Origin: Malacoraja senta
Lineage: Eukaryota
Length of the DNA: 64,000 nt
NCBI GenBank assembly: GCA_038087875.1
Contig: CM075988.1
Coordinates: forward strand, 11,286,001-11,350,000
Reading direction: 5' to 3'
The position numbers and the translations under genes were made by a program. This document shows positions 38,547 to 50,907 of the stretch, piece by piece. The notes beneath the pieces are model-generated. The model worked only from the letters and a program-made list of their open reading frames with translations. It had not been told where the DNA came from and did no database searches. Every line of letters starts with the position of its first letter. Positions within the stretch are counted from its first letter, which is position 1.

Positions 38547-38856
38547 GGCATGGTGACGCAGGGGTAGAGTTGATGCTTAGCAGCACCAGTAGACCCGGGT
38601 TCGAACCTGACTACGGGTGCTGCCTGTACAGAGTTTGTACCTTCTCCCCGTGACCATGTGGATTTTCTCCGAGATTTTCAGTTTCCGCCCACATTCCAAA
38701 GACGTACAAGTTTGCAGGCTCTAGGCATGATGTAAGTGTAAATTGTCCCTAGTGTGTGTAGGATGGCGTTAATGTGTGGGGATCGCTGGTCGTTGCGGAC
38801 TTGGTGGGCCGAACGGCCCTGTTTTCACACTGCATTTCTAAACCAAACTAAACTAA
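38547..38856 (+). mobile_element. V-SINE
   Basis: Head with gggttcgaacc, V domain, tail. Confidence 0.88.
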
Positions 38857-39829
38857 GTTAGCAGACAGCAAATCATTTATTCCCCTCCCCACCCCCTCCA
38901 CCCCCTACCCCCCATTTTGTGTGCCTGGTGTACTGAGGCTGGTTGTAGCACACCTAATAGATAGTGTTATTGAGATTGGGCAAAGGAGCTAGAAGGTAAA
39001 CTTCTGGCTTGCATTGTTTAACCTTAGTTGCCCATGCTAATACTTTGTGCCCTAACATTTTGTGTGGACTCAATTACAATGAGGAAGACCAGAATTAAGT
39101 TCAGATTGTGGGAAAGAAATCTGCGTGGTATTTTCACATCCCTTTCAAGATGCCCTATTGCTTTATAGCGAATGGTATTTTTGGCTTATGGACGAAATCC
39201 ATCATCATGACTGGTCTTTTTGGCATATGGGCGAAATATCATAGCTGTTAGTGGCGTTGTTGGAATTAATTTCTGCTGTGAATAAACTGAATTTAAGGAG
39301 TGAAATGAAGTGAAATTGACTGAATGAAGGCATTCTCCAAGGAAGGAACTTTTTCAAAACAAGTAAAGCTGGGAAAGTAATCTTATGATGAAATGGTGAT
39401 TGAAATAGTGAAAAGAATAAAGACAACTTTCAAATGTAATAGTTGGCAACCCAACAAGGCTAATCAAATGCTGGTCACATGTGAATGTAGATACTTTGTA
39501 AATACACAGAATGATGTCTAGGATCTGTCCAAATAGTTTCTCATGACTGTATAGGTTATATAGTCCAAATCTTTTTTCTTAAGGGAAGGGTGTCCAGAAC
39601 TTGAGGGCACAGGTTTAAGGTGAACGGGGAGAAATTCAAAGGAGGAAGCTTTCCAGACAGTGGTTGATGAACATTCAGAACAAGTTGTTTGAGGAGATAG
39701 TGGATGCAGATAGTAATACAATACAATGCTAAAATGGCATGTGGACAGTGGGTTGGACAGTTCATAAATTCACAGGAAATGGACAAAGTTGACCCTGAGG
39801 TCCTGTTTCTTTGCTTCTAAAGTTCGATT

Positions 39830-40112
39830 TAGACAATAGACAATGGACAATAGGTGCAGGAGTAGGCCATGCGGCCCTTCGAGCCAGCACCACCATTCAC
39901 TGTGATCATGGCTGATCATCCACAATCAGTACCCCGTTCCTGCCTTCTCCCCATATCCCTTGACTCTGCTATCTTTAAGAGATCTATCTAACTCTCTCTT
40001 GAAAGCACCTGGAGAATTGGCCTCCACTGCCTTCTGAGGCAGAGAATTCCGCAGTCACAACTCTCTGGGTGAAAAAGTTTTTCCTTGTCTCCATTCTAAA
40101 TGGCCTACCCCT
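39830..40112 (-). mobile_element. CR1-like LINE 3' end
   Basis: (agacaat)n tail, taggtgcaggagtaggcc, KNFFTQRVV on the minus strand. Confidence 0.88.
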
Positions 40113-40114
40113 TA

Positions 40115-40500
40115 CTGCAGTATTTCCTTCAAACATCAATTTCAGAAGAGGGTCATACTCACTTGACCTTTCCGCCTTTTTATTTTTACATCTTATTAAT
40201 GCATGCTGCTCAATTTCATTCCTGTGTCTTAATGTGAGGCCGTGTTGCTGCAACGTGGGAGATAATGAGATAAGCAAGCGACAAATTGAAATGAGATGCT
40301 ACTACAGCAGTTTCCCATTAAGTGCATTAATCAGGGATATGGGGTTTTGAGGCAAGTGCAATTACAAGGGGATCAATGGACACAAAATAACCTATGTACA
40401 GGCAATTATATTGCAAATAGTTTATTGGCCAACATTAATTCACACCAGATAAATTGAAGTGCCGATGTTGTTTAGTGGATAACAGATGGCAAAGGTGAAC
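40115..40500. promoter_or_regulatory. Candidate conserved non-coding element
   Basis: Repeat-free; GGGTCA-n8-TGACCT at 40150-40169, cattaag/cattaatc, gataa motifs. Confidence 0.4.
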
Positions 40501-41759
40501 GTTGGTCCCTCACAACCATTATCTCACCTCACAGCTTCCTTACTGAATGTGTTGCCCATTAGAAAACTCTGTGGAGCGCTCCTGCTAAAGGATATCATCA
40601 GTCAGCATTCCTGCAATATTCTGACATGCTCCCACTGATGGCAAATACTTACTAAAATCTAGCTTGGGATTGATTGATCATTCCATCATTATTGTGGTCA
40701 CATTTTTTTCCACAAAACACCCCCCTCTCTGTGAACATCAAATGTGAAAACTTGGTGAAAATGACTGATAGACAAAAAATGCTGGAATAACTCAGCGGGA
40801 CGGGCAACAACCTCTGGAGAGAAGGAATGGGTGATGTTTCTGAAAACAGTAGTTGGCGGCTCTAATAAGCTCTCCCTTCTTTCGTACACAGAAGTTAATA
40901 CTACTTTGGCTGGGCAATCAAATCAATACGCGAATTCAATGTCTGAAGAAAGGTTTCGACCCAAAACATCAATATTCATGTTCTTCAGAGATGCTTCATG
41001 ACCCGCTGGGTTATTCCAGTATTTTGTGTAATTATATAGGCAATATTATTTCCAATGGTGGAGGGGCTGGAAAACAGAAGGCACAAATTAAAGGTGATTG
41101 GTGAAAAGTCTGAGATGATGTAGAGAAACATAATCATGCATTTGTCATGACATGCTATTGAATGTCTGGCATGGTAGTGGATGTAGCTTTTATTGGAACT
41201 ACCAAAACATAAGTGGCTAATGCTTTGGAAGGAATGAGGAACTAATTCTGGTTAGGTAGCTCCAATAAATTCCACTTTTTGTACAATATTATTCTGTTTA
41301 CAAGAATCATCACTGATTCATCAGCATGTCATCAATGTTAGCTTGAGCATTTTTTAGGCCTTAGTGGAACATTCACACCATATATCCTCATTGGAATATC
41401 AAGTGTGTGACTTGAAACATAGGGGGATCAGTGTCAAGACACCTATTGACTTAATACCACCCATTATGTTTCTATTAGAATCAAAAGGTAGAGTGCTCAG
41501 ATCAAATGGAAAAGATTCAAAGAACTCATAAAACTGCCTGAATCACTTTCATGATGTACATCAAAGAATCTTGTGACTGCCTCTTTAATTGAAGGGTAAA
41601 ATGATAAAAGTTGTCAAAATCAGTGTTACTGGCTGTAGTTGATTACCATGCGAGTTTCAAAGGACTAAAATTTGAAGAGCATGTATCAAGCTAGGTTGTG
41701 TACTTGTATTTGGAATATCACATTCGTAAGGGATGTATTAATCCGTAGCAAGTATGCCA

Positions 41760-41963
41760 AGTTTGCCCTTGACCCATACTCGCAGGATGGTCGTCACGAG
41801 GTTGTAGGAGGTTGTAGGAGGTCGTAGGTAGGTCGTAGCAGGCCGTGATGCTACTCGTAGGTACTCGTGGCATCAAGTAGGTCGGGCCGTTTTTCTAGCC
41901 TGCTGAAAAATGTCCATGAGTAAAAAAGGTCGTGAATTAGGTCGTGAAAGTGGGACAGGCCCT
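41760..41963. mobile_element. Harbinger-like MITE, left end missing
   Basis: Right TIR GTGAAAGTGGGACAGGCCCT followed by TAA; interior similar to 26031-26513. Confidence 0.8.
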
Positions 41964-42289
41964 TAAGTGAAGTTAATGAGGAAAATTAACAATACAATAT
42001 TGGTTTGCTTTCATTCATCTTTCCATGTCTCTCCGCATGCAACTCTTGGTAAAGTAAATGGGCGACGATACTAGGTCACATGACTTGCTATTTCCTCTTC
42101 CTTTCTGCAAGTGCAATGGCTCTTTGTTGTTTTTTTTGTCCTTAAATCAGGTTATAAACTTGCCTGCCAGAGACCTGCCCATCCCATTTGAACAATAGAA
42201 ATCGCCTTGTTTTTTTACTTTACAGCATGGTTGGGGAGGAGGGGGGGAGGAGGGGAGTGGGGGTTGAGAGAGAGAATGAGAGCAACCAT

Positions 42290-42740
42290 TCCTGAACTGT
42301 TACACAATTAAACCCAGTGCATACTGAATGCTAATTAGCGCCGCAAGCTGCATAGTTTTTAAAGGTGAAAAAAAAGATGAGACAAATAAAGAATGCGGCA
42401 AAATGGAAAATGCTGTTGGCAGGCTGACTGTCATTAGCAGGCTGATTGCTTTTAAATCTAATAGTTCAAAAGCAGAAAGAAAATGAAGTAGCTGCATGGG
42501 AATGTAAATGGACATTTTTCCTTCTGATTTTTATGCAACAATAGGTAAGCTTGCCCAGTTCAACATTTCAGTAATGCCAGTAGGTAGTGTCAACGAATAA
42601 TGCTGCTTCATGGCATTCGACTTCAACTTTGTAACGAGGAAATTTTAGGTTGATTGATGCTGATTAATTAATAATTATCACAGTGCTTTGTATATTCATG
42701 CTTTATTAATAAATTCTAATGACTGAATCGATGAATATTA
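42290..42740. promoter_or_regulatory. Candidate conserved non-coding element
   Basis: gctaattagc, caattaa, ctgtcatta, TGATTGAT 42651-42658, tgattaattaat. Confidence 0.45.
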
Positions 42741-43059
42741 TTATTTTCCACATAACCATTTCCTTATTTATAATGTTTTTAGGCTCTGATTCAGTAATAA
42801 TTGTAAGGTATATACACCTCCTACAGTCTTGTGGTTTTCCCAAATTGCTTCTATTCCCCCAATTTCATGCATTGAGCAGCATCTGTTCATTTTTCTACGC
42901 ACATAACATTCAAAGTCCCTGCAGTGTGTTTTACATTGTACAATCTCAAGTCCACCGCCATCACCCCATTAATTGTAACTTTCCCCTAGGAATTCCACCT
43001 ACCTTTAGTCTTGTGTGTGTAGGCTGCTACGAAAGTAAACAATAAAGGTAGAACCAGCA

Positions 43060-43470
43060 GCAATATACGATACGATATAGCTTTATTTATCACAGGAGGG
43101 ACATTGGTCTGCCAACAGTCACAAAACACAGCAAGATACATGAAACATGAAATTAATGTGACAAGTGGAAAGTCCAGGATTGGGAATATGCAAAGATTGT
43201 GGGGGGGGGGGGGCGGGGGAAGGTGAGTCAGTCTAACCCACTACAGAAGGGGGAGGAGTTGTTGAGTTTGTTAGCCACAGGAAAAAGGATCTCCTTTGGC
43301 ATTCTGTGCTGCATCTTGGTGGAACCAGTCTGTTGCTGAAGGTGCTCCTCGGGTTGACCAGTGTGTCATGGAGGAGATGAGCTGTATCATCCAAGATGCT
43401 CTGCAGTTTGAGGAGCATCCTCCCCTCCAAGACCACCTCCAATGAATCCAACTCTACCCCCAGGAGGTTG
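43060..43470 (-). mobile_element. Rex1/Babar-like LINE 3' fragment
   Basis: LGVELDSLEVV.E.RML.KL.SILD..AHLLH...RL..PRC.TE..RRSFF; (atacg)n tail. Confidence 0.75.
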
Positions 43471-43707
43471 AAGGCAGTATGCAACCACACAATGATGTCT
43501 GTTACAGCAATGTATCAAAATCACATCATCTTATATACTCAGTTTTTAAATATCCCACTGCAGCTTCATACAGCACACTACCTCCATCTTTAATGATGGG
43601 CTAAACACAACCAAATCATCAATAATTTACACATGTAAATTTATATTGTGGTTTGAGTATTTACAGATGTCTATCAGTTACCATGTCAACCGATTTAAAA
43701 TCTAATT

Positions 43708-44304
43708 TTTTTTTATTTATTTATTTATTTATTTTTATTTATTAGAAGTACATTACATTACAACCACATACATTAGTACTCGTCATTTATATCTTCTTAC
43801 AATTAATGTACACCATTTATTTTTTACACTAGAAAAGGAAAAGATTGAAAGAAAGAAGAAAGTGAAGGAAAAAGTGAAAGTGTAGGAAATGTGACAACAA
43901 AAAAGGACGAAGACCCTATAAGAGCTAAATTAAAAACAAAAGAAAAAGAGTTAAGAAATAGACCCTAGGAAAGAAAGAGAGAGAGAAAGAGGAAAAAGAG
44001 AGAAACAAATATTTTTATGAGCATTACGTAAATGGGACATACCAACTCTTCAACTATCATCCCCCCTTACCTGACCTCAATTTTGGACTATGGGTTAATA
44101 ACTGGAAAAAAGCTAATTCTAAAATTTTGGAAGAAGGCTCCAATACCAACTATAAATATGTGGATTTCAAATATGTTTGAAACATTACACCTAGAAGAGA
44201 TAAGACTCCTCCTAGCAGGTAAACCAGATCACTTCCACCTGACGTGGTCTGCATTTATAGAATTATTACAAACATAGGGTGCAAAAGTACTTAAAAAAAA
44301 AAAA
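43708..44304 (-). mobile_element. L1-clade LINE 3' end with 5' inversion
   Basis: T/(TTTA)n tail and 3' UTR on minus; ORF2 C-terminus GKKLILKFWK...PT...W...LHLE...F...W..F on plus; TSD AAAATCTAATT at 43697-43707 and 44305-44315. Confidence 0.75.
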
Positions 44305-45389
44305 AAAATCTAATTGATCTCGTAATATTAACCTCTGAGATTGTTTAGAATGCAATAGTTCATTCATCACCCAAGTAAGCACTCCAAATGCTCTCAAACC
44401 AGGTGGATAACCTCTTCCTTTTGTGTGTGATCCACAGAGTTTTGGGCTCCTGGACCTTGAGTCCTGCTAAGTGGTGGCTGCATCCTCGTACACATCATTG
44501 ATATTCTTCACACCCTTTTGGCGATACATTAATATCTACTATTTATTTTTGAATAATCTCCAATTAGAATCCAACATCCAAATCTGGATTGCTGAATCTT
44601 TGCTCAGGCAGGATTTTCCCAAATGTTTTCATGAAGTTATGCTTCAATGTTATTTATTAAATGACCAGAGTGTTTCCAATATTTAGATTGTGTCCAGGTG
44701 AGAAACAAATGAACTGTTGATCACTGAACAGAAACACACACAATAGTTTGAGGTTGCAATGGCCCTAAATCCGGGGCCATTGAAACCTTATGATATGTAT
44801 CAGCAGATAACACAGAAAAATTGAAAATATAAATAATAGGTCTTTCCTCAGTCTGAGTACTTATGAAGATGCACATTTCCATTGATTATCTTTTACTTGA
44901 TTTGGATAAATTTCTGGATGTAGATAGCAGTCATTTCTTGTAAGCATTTTTTTGTGTGAGCTTAATGAATATTAAGGTGACATTAATACTTGAAAGAATA
45001 TTTTGCATTTCAGATGTATAATTCAGATGTACCAAGCATTTCGTGTTAAGCATATCACTCGTAATCCAAAATACTCTTCCATCTCTTTTGCTTGAATAAA
45101 TGTCTGGAAATGTATCTCTGGTCAGTCACGTTAAATGATATCCATTCTTTTGAAGTCCACAAAAAAACAACTTTAGATGTTTACTGCCATACACTGATAG
45201 AACTAGGTCCAGTGCCATGGACAAGAAATTATTTTTTGGGAAAACTGATTTGAACCTGTTCATATGGCATCAGAAGTAAAGAGTCTATGTTTTCCAATTC
45301 TCTTGTTGATTCTAGTACTGCACATTAGTATGGGAACTATACATAACTTGAAAAACTACCAGAAATGGATGAACTCTCACCCCTCTAAT

Positions 45390-47850
45390 CTTCAGGGAAC
45401 TCAAGGTAAAGGAACCGCTGGGAGGTAGTGACCATAATATTGATAAGTTTATCTGCAATTTGAGAGGGAGAAGGTTAATTCAGAAGTGTCAGTGTTGCAG
45501 TTGAACAAAGGAGACTATGAAGGCATGAGAGAGGAGCAGGCCAAGGTGGACTGGAAAAGGATCCTAGCAGGAATGACGGTGGAACAGCAATGGCAGGAAT
45601 ATCTGGGCATAATCCAGAAGATGCAGGTTCATTTCATTCCAAAGTGGAAGAAAGATTCTAAGGGGAGTAAGAGGCAACCGTGGCTGACAAGGGAAGTTCG
45701 GGATGGAATAAAACTGAAAGAAAAGGTATATAACATAGCAAAGAGTAGTGGGAAGCCAGAAGATTGAGAAACTTTCAAAGGACAACAGAAGGTAACAAAC
45801 AGGGCAATACAGGGTGAAAAGATGAAGTAGGAGGGTAAGCTGGCTAAGAATATTAAGAAGGATAGTAAAAGATTATTTAGGTATGTTAAGAGAAAATAGA
45901 CAAATGTGGGTCGCTTGAAGGCAGAAAGGTGAAATTAATATGGGGAACAAGGAAATGGCAGTAGAGTTGAAAAAGTACTTTGTTTCTGCCCACTAAGGAA
46001 GACACAAACAATCTCCCAGATGTACTAGAGGACAGAGGATCTAGGGAGATAGAGGAACTGAAATAAATTTCCATCAAGCGAGAAATAGTATTGGGTAGAC
46101 TGATGGGACTGAAGGCTGATAAATCCCCAGGGCCTGATGGTCTGCATCCCAGGGTACTCAAGGAGGTGGTTCCAGAAATTGTGGATGCATTGGTGATCAT
46201 TTTACAATGTTCTATAGATTCAGGATCAGTTCCTGTGGATTGGAGGGTAGCTAACGTTATCCCACTTTTCAAGGAAGTTTCGAGAGAGAAAACAGCAAAT
46301 TGTAGACCAGCTAACCTAACATCGGTGGTGGGGAAGATGCTGGAGTCAATTATTGAAGAAGTAATAACAGCGCATTTGGATAGCAGTAAGATAATTGGTC
46401 AAATTCAGCATGGATTTATGAAGGGGAAATCCTGCATGACTAATCTTCTGGAATATTTTGAGGATGTGACAAGTAAAATGGATGAAGCAGAGCCAGTAAA
46501 TGTAGTGTATCTGGACTTTCAGAAAGTCTTTGATAAGGTCCCACACAGGAGATTAGTGGGCAAAATTAGAGCACATAATATTGGGGGTAGGGTATTGACA
46601 TGGATAGAGAATTGGTTGGTAGACAGGATACAAAGAGTAGGAATAAACGTGTTCCTGTCCCAAAAAGGGAAGTGCAACGAGACCTGTGTGTCCTTGTACA
46701 CCAGTCACTGAAAGTAAACATGCAGTTTTGGTCTCCTAAATTAAGGAAGGACATCCTTGCTATTGTGGCAGTGCAGAGTAGGTTCACAAGGTTAATCCCC
46801 GGGATGGCGGGGCTGTCATATGAGGAAAGTTTGGAAAGACTGGGCTTTTATTCACTGGAATTTAGAAGGATGAGAGGGCACCTTATAGAAACATGTAAAA
46901 TTATAAAAGAACTGGACAAGCTAGATGCAAGAAAATGTTCCCAATGTTGGGGGAGTCCCGGAACCAGGGGCCACAGTCTAAGAATTAAGGGGAGGCCATT
47001 TAAAACTGAGATTTAAAAAATCTTTTTCACCCAGAGAGTTGTGAATTTGTGGAATTCTCTGCCACTTAAGGCAGTAGAGGTCAATTCACTGGATTAATTT
47101 AATAGAGAGTTAAAGGCCTGTCTCACGAGTCTGCGGTCATTGGCGGCGAAACGGGAAGAATCTGCCGCCATAGACCGCGCACTCATGAGAACGCACAATT
47201 CCGGGGCCGTGCGGCGGTGTTCCCAACACCGCACGGTGCTAAAATAAAACCTACACTGTTGAAAACTATATTCTTACCGCACAACCTCCACCAGTGATGC
47301 ACGAGTGCGGCACGGCCACCCGCACGGGCCGCCGCCAGTGTGGCTCGAGCGCCGTGTGTCAAACTTCCACTGCCACAGCCTCCGCCAGTGAGGCACGTGT
47401 GCGGCACGGCCGCAGGCACAGCCACCGCTACAGCGCCGCGATCAGGACGGCCGCCGCCACAGCCGCCGCTCGTGAGTCACGTGCGGCGGGCCGACGTCAT
47501 CGCAGTCGGCCCGCCCTTTTTTTTTACTTACCGCAAGCACGTGGGACCAGCCGTATTTGAATTACTCGGCCCCCGCGCAGCATCCGTGCGGCGCTCCTGT
47601 GGATAGGCTCGGCGCTCTCGCCGTTGCCGTGCGGTCCCCTCTACCGGCGATGCCGCGCTTCACCGCCGATGACCGCAAACAGGTAAGACAGAGCCTTTAG
47701 ATAGAGCTCTTGGGGCTTGCGGAATCATGGGATATGGGGGAGAAGGCAGGCACGGGTTACTGATTATGGATGATCAGCCATGATCATAATGAATGGCAGT
47801 GTTGGCTCAAAGGGTCAAATGGCCTCTTCTTGCATCCATGTTTCTATGTT
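45390..47850 (+). mobile_element. CR1/HER1-like LINE ORF2 pseudogene with internal deletions and a MITE insertion
   Basis: KSPGPDGLHPRVLKE, WRVANVIPLFK, QHGFMKGKSCMTNL, VYLDFQKVFDKVPH; stops and frameshifts; (ctatgttt) tail at about 47850. Confidence 0.95.
47113..47696. mobile_element. GC-rich Harbinger-like MITE inside CR1
   Basis: Imperfect TIRs aaggcctgtctcac / gtaagacagagcct, subterminal tgcggtcattggcggcgaa / ttcaccgccgatgaccgca; TTA at 47110-47112 and 47697-47699. Confidence 0.85.
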
Positions 47851-47869
47851 TCATTGAATTTGAACAGAA

Positions 47870-48230
47870 GTTGTAGAAACTTTTGTCAAGCCAAAAGCTC
47901 CAAATGGTGAAACGCAAGCCACTTGAGAAGTTGGCTTTTTTAGTATTCTAATGAAACTAGAAGGATAATAAACACATTGTTTTTTAAATACAGCTGCCTG
48001 AATTTTTAATGTAGGCTGTTGAAAATCCAATTTAAGCATGACATTTGGCATTGAAACTGACTTCAGCCAATTGGTTTTCAGTCTTTAACATATTATAAAA
48101 TGAAACGATTGCACTATTTGTCATTGTTTGTCATGGCCGTGAAGGAACATAATAAAAATTAATTGTCACCTCTAAATTCAATTGTTGACATTTATGGCAT
48201 GATGGAAAGCTAATTAAAAGTATAGGGAGA
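47870..48230. promoter_or_regulatory. Candidate conserved non-coding element
   Basis: Repeat-free; cattgtt, ttaattgtca, tttatgg, gctaatta. Confidence 0.35.
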
Positions 48231-48904
48231 GAGTATTTTTAGTTTAATAGTTATATTCTCTTTCCCTAGTTGGATATTCATGGTATAATTTCAAAAGATA
48301 TATTCCATTGGTGAGTTTCTGGAGCACCCGCTGAGTTTCTCCAGCATTTTTGTGTACCTTCCATTGGTCTGTTTGAATACAGAGTTAAGTTAACATACAA
48401 ATGTGTAATTTATTCATCGCCAGCCTGTTAATATTTATTATTATAGTTGCGTCGATCACCAGATATTTTGCACAAAGATCCAAATTGCATCCCTCACTGA
48501 AGAATATTCCACGTCATTCTGCTCTTTGTTAATGTGAATCTAACCATTAATGTTTCAAAGGTGGTTTTATGAATAAAATTATGCCTCCTTCGACATTAGT
48601 GCTTTTGTTCAGGATTTGAAAACTGGTGAATGTAGCTTAATCAGGAAGCCAATGAGAGAAGTTACATGTCCTTGGGTAATGACACTTTGTGCAGAATCGA
48701 GCAATGCCTTAGAATTTTGCATTCAGTTTGCACATAATCCAATAAGAATAGTGCTCGTTGAAATAAAACTATAATTAGGGATGGAAAATGAAAAGGTGTC
48801 ATGGTGAGAATAACTTGGATGAAAATGCCTTAATATGACTCATTCAGAGGACAATGAGATTCTACTTTTGGCAATGTTTATTCTTACTAATGAAGTAAGG
48901 CATG

Positions 48905-49090
48905 AAGTACTGGAGTAACTCAGTGGGCCATGCAGCATCTCTGGAGGACATGGATAGTTGACATTTTGGGTTGGGGCACTTCTTCAGACATGAAGATAGA
49001 CACAGAATGCTGGAGTAACTCAGCAGGACAGCAGCATCTCTGGAGATAAGGAATGGGTGACGTTTCGGGTCGAGACCCTTCTTCAGATTT
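48905..49090 (-). mobile_element. Tandem Penelope-derived terminal repeats
   Basis: Two head-to-tail copies; the second has CTGAAGAAGGGTCTCGACCCGAAACGTCACC on minus (49056-49086). Confidence 0.8.
49056..49086 (-). ncRNA. Minimal hammerhead-ribozyme-like motif
   Basis: CUGAAGA, extra A, stem II GGGUC/GACCC, GAAAC, GUC triplet; stem I weak. Confidence 0.5.
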
Positions 49091-49419
49091 TCGTTCTACA
49101 TCACCCTCTTCAGACACATTGTGCCTTATTTCATTAGCAAGAATAAATATTACCTCGGGACAGTCTAATTGTCTTCTGAGTCAAATTAAGGCATTTGAAC
49201 AAAGGGCCCCCACCTGAAGTCACCTATCCCTGTCCTCCAGAGATGCTGCCTGACCCGTTGAGTCCTCCAGAGATGCTGCCTGACCTGGCTGATGACACAT
49301 TAAACATTGCTATGTTGAGCTGAGTTGGTTGATTGTAATGGATATTCAGGCTGCTCACAGCATACACAGCTCTGGGTGGGCTATTGACATTGTACACAGA
49401 CCTGTTCAAACATTCCTAT

Positions 49420-49765
49420 ATAGAGTCATAGAACCTTACAGCATGGAAACAGGCCCTTCGGCCAAACTTGCCCATACCAGCATACATGCCACATCTACAC
49501 TAGTCCCAACTACCTGCATTTGGCCCATATCCCTCGAAAACCTCCCCTTTCCATGTACTTGTCGAAATGTTTCTTAAATGTTGTGATAGTACCTGCCTCA
49601 ACTACCTATTCTGGCAGCTCGTTCCAAACACCTACCATCCTTTGCATGTGAAAGTTACCCCTCAGGTTCCAATAAAATCTTTCCCCCCTCACCTGGTTCT
49701 CGATTCCCCAACTCTGGGCATGAGACTCTGAGCGTCTACGCGATCTATTCCTCTCATGATTTTGT
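49420..49765 (-). mobile_element. CR1-like LINE 3' end sharing its tail with the SINE
   Basis: acagcatggaaacaggcccttcggcc followed by ORF2-end motifs. Confidence 0.8.
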
Positions 49766-50289
49766 CTTCATTGAAGGACAAGACTTCTCTCTAACAGGAG
49801 AGAAAAGAGGCAGCAGACCTTTTCTTAAATCTTTGCAATCTTGATACTTCCCTGTTTTGTCAAGTTATAATCTGTATCTGAGTGAATAATTAGTCCAGAT
49901 TCTTCCCCCCAAAAGTCAATACACCTTATTGCTCTGGATGTTTATTCCACGTCGACATGTTTCTCAGGTCATGTCCCAGGCTTCTTGCTGTTTGTTTACC
50001 ATAGTTTAAACTTGACAGCTGTGCGGATTACCTTTGATGAGGCAGAATGCCAATTGAAACTTTTATTGGCATTAAATTCTGCCTTTTGCTGATAACTTAT
50101 TTGAGATGTCTGCATCAAACTGTGCATCCAGTGGTTGTTGGTGTCAGGACCTGTTGACACCAAGAGGAAGCAGGGATTCCTGATTTACAAACATGTAATT
50201 CTGGTGCATGCCATTGAACCAGAAATCATCACCTTGCTTTGTTAACATGTTTAATTATTCAAGCTTTGCTAATTGTGCATTGTGCATTG

Positions 50290-50813
50290 ATTTGGAGCCT
50301 CGTGGCTCCAAATCGGCGCGGCCCTGTCGGCTTCAGGTGCCATCGACTCCGCTGGGAAACCAGCCGTTCCAGCCGCTGCGAGGACTCTCCCGACGGCCAG
50401 GAACATTGGGCCTCCATAGAGGCAACTGTGGTGGCCTCGATGGGCCTGACTCTGGGGAGAACTGGGTTGGGGACTGGACATTGTGCCTTCCCCCACAGTG
50501 GTGGTCATTGTGGGGGGATGATTTTGTGTGCTGTGCCTGTTAGTCCGTGTACAAGATGGCGGTCGGAGGGGAGAGTGGACGCTGGCGCGAATTGGTCGCC
50601 GCTGCTCTCTCCTCAAATTGTGTTTCTTATTTTCTTTTGGTGCTCTTGAAATTGAATTCTGTCCTTGATTTGTGTACTGTGGTGTTTTTATATTTAATTT
50701 ATTCCGATTATGTGTTTTGTATTTTTTTTTGTTGTGATTCTATGCATTGTAAGGTGTCCTTGGGTTTTAGAAAGGCGCCAGTAAATAAAATGATTATTAT
50801 TTATTATTATTAT
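50290..50813 (+). mobile_element. GC-rich non-autonomous retroelement with L2-type tail
   Basis: Ends tgtaaggtgtccttgggttttagaaaggcgccagtaaataaaatg(att)n; internal caagatggcg. Confidence 0.6.
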
Positions 50814-50907
50814 TGATGTAACAATGTATCCAACCCCTCTTTTGTACCACTCTGGGATTCATTGTGTTATATTTAATACATGGGTCGTTTAAGTAAATTC
50901 CACATAC

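Noticed and set aside
47183..47606. GC-rich ORFs as a gene or promoter CpG island
   Set aside because: They lie inside a TIR/TSD-bounded MITE; open frames are expected from GC content
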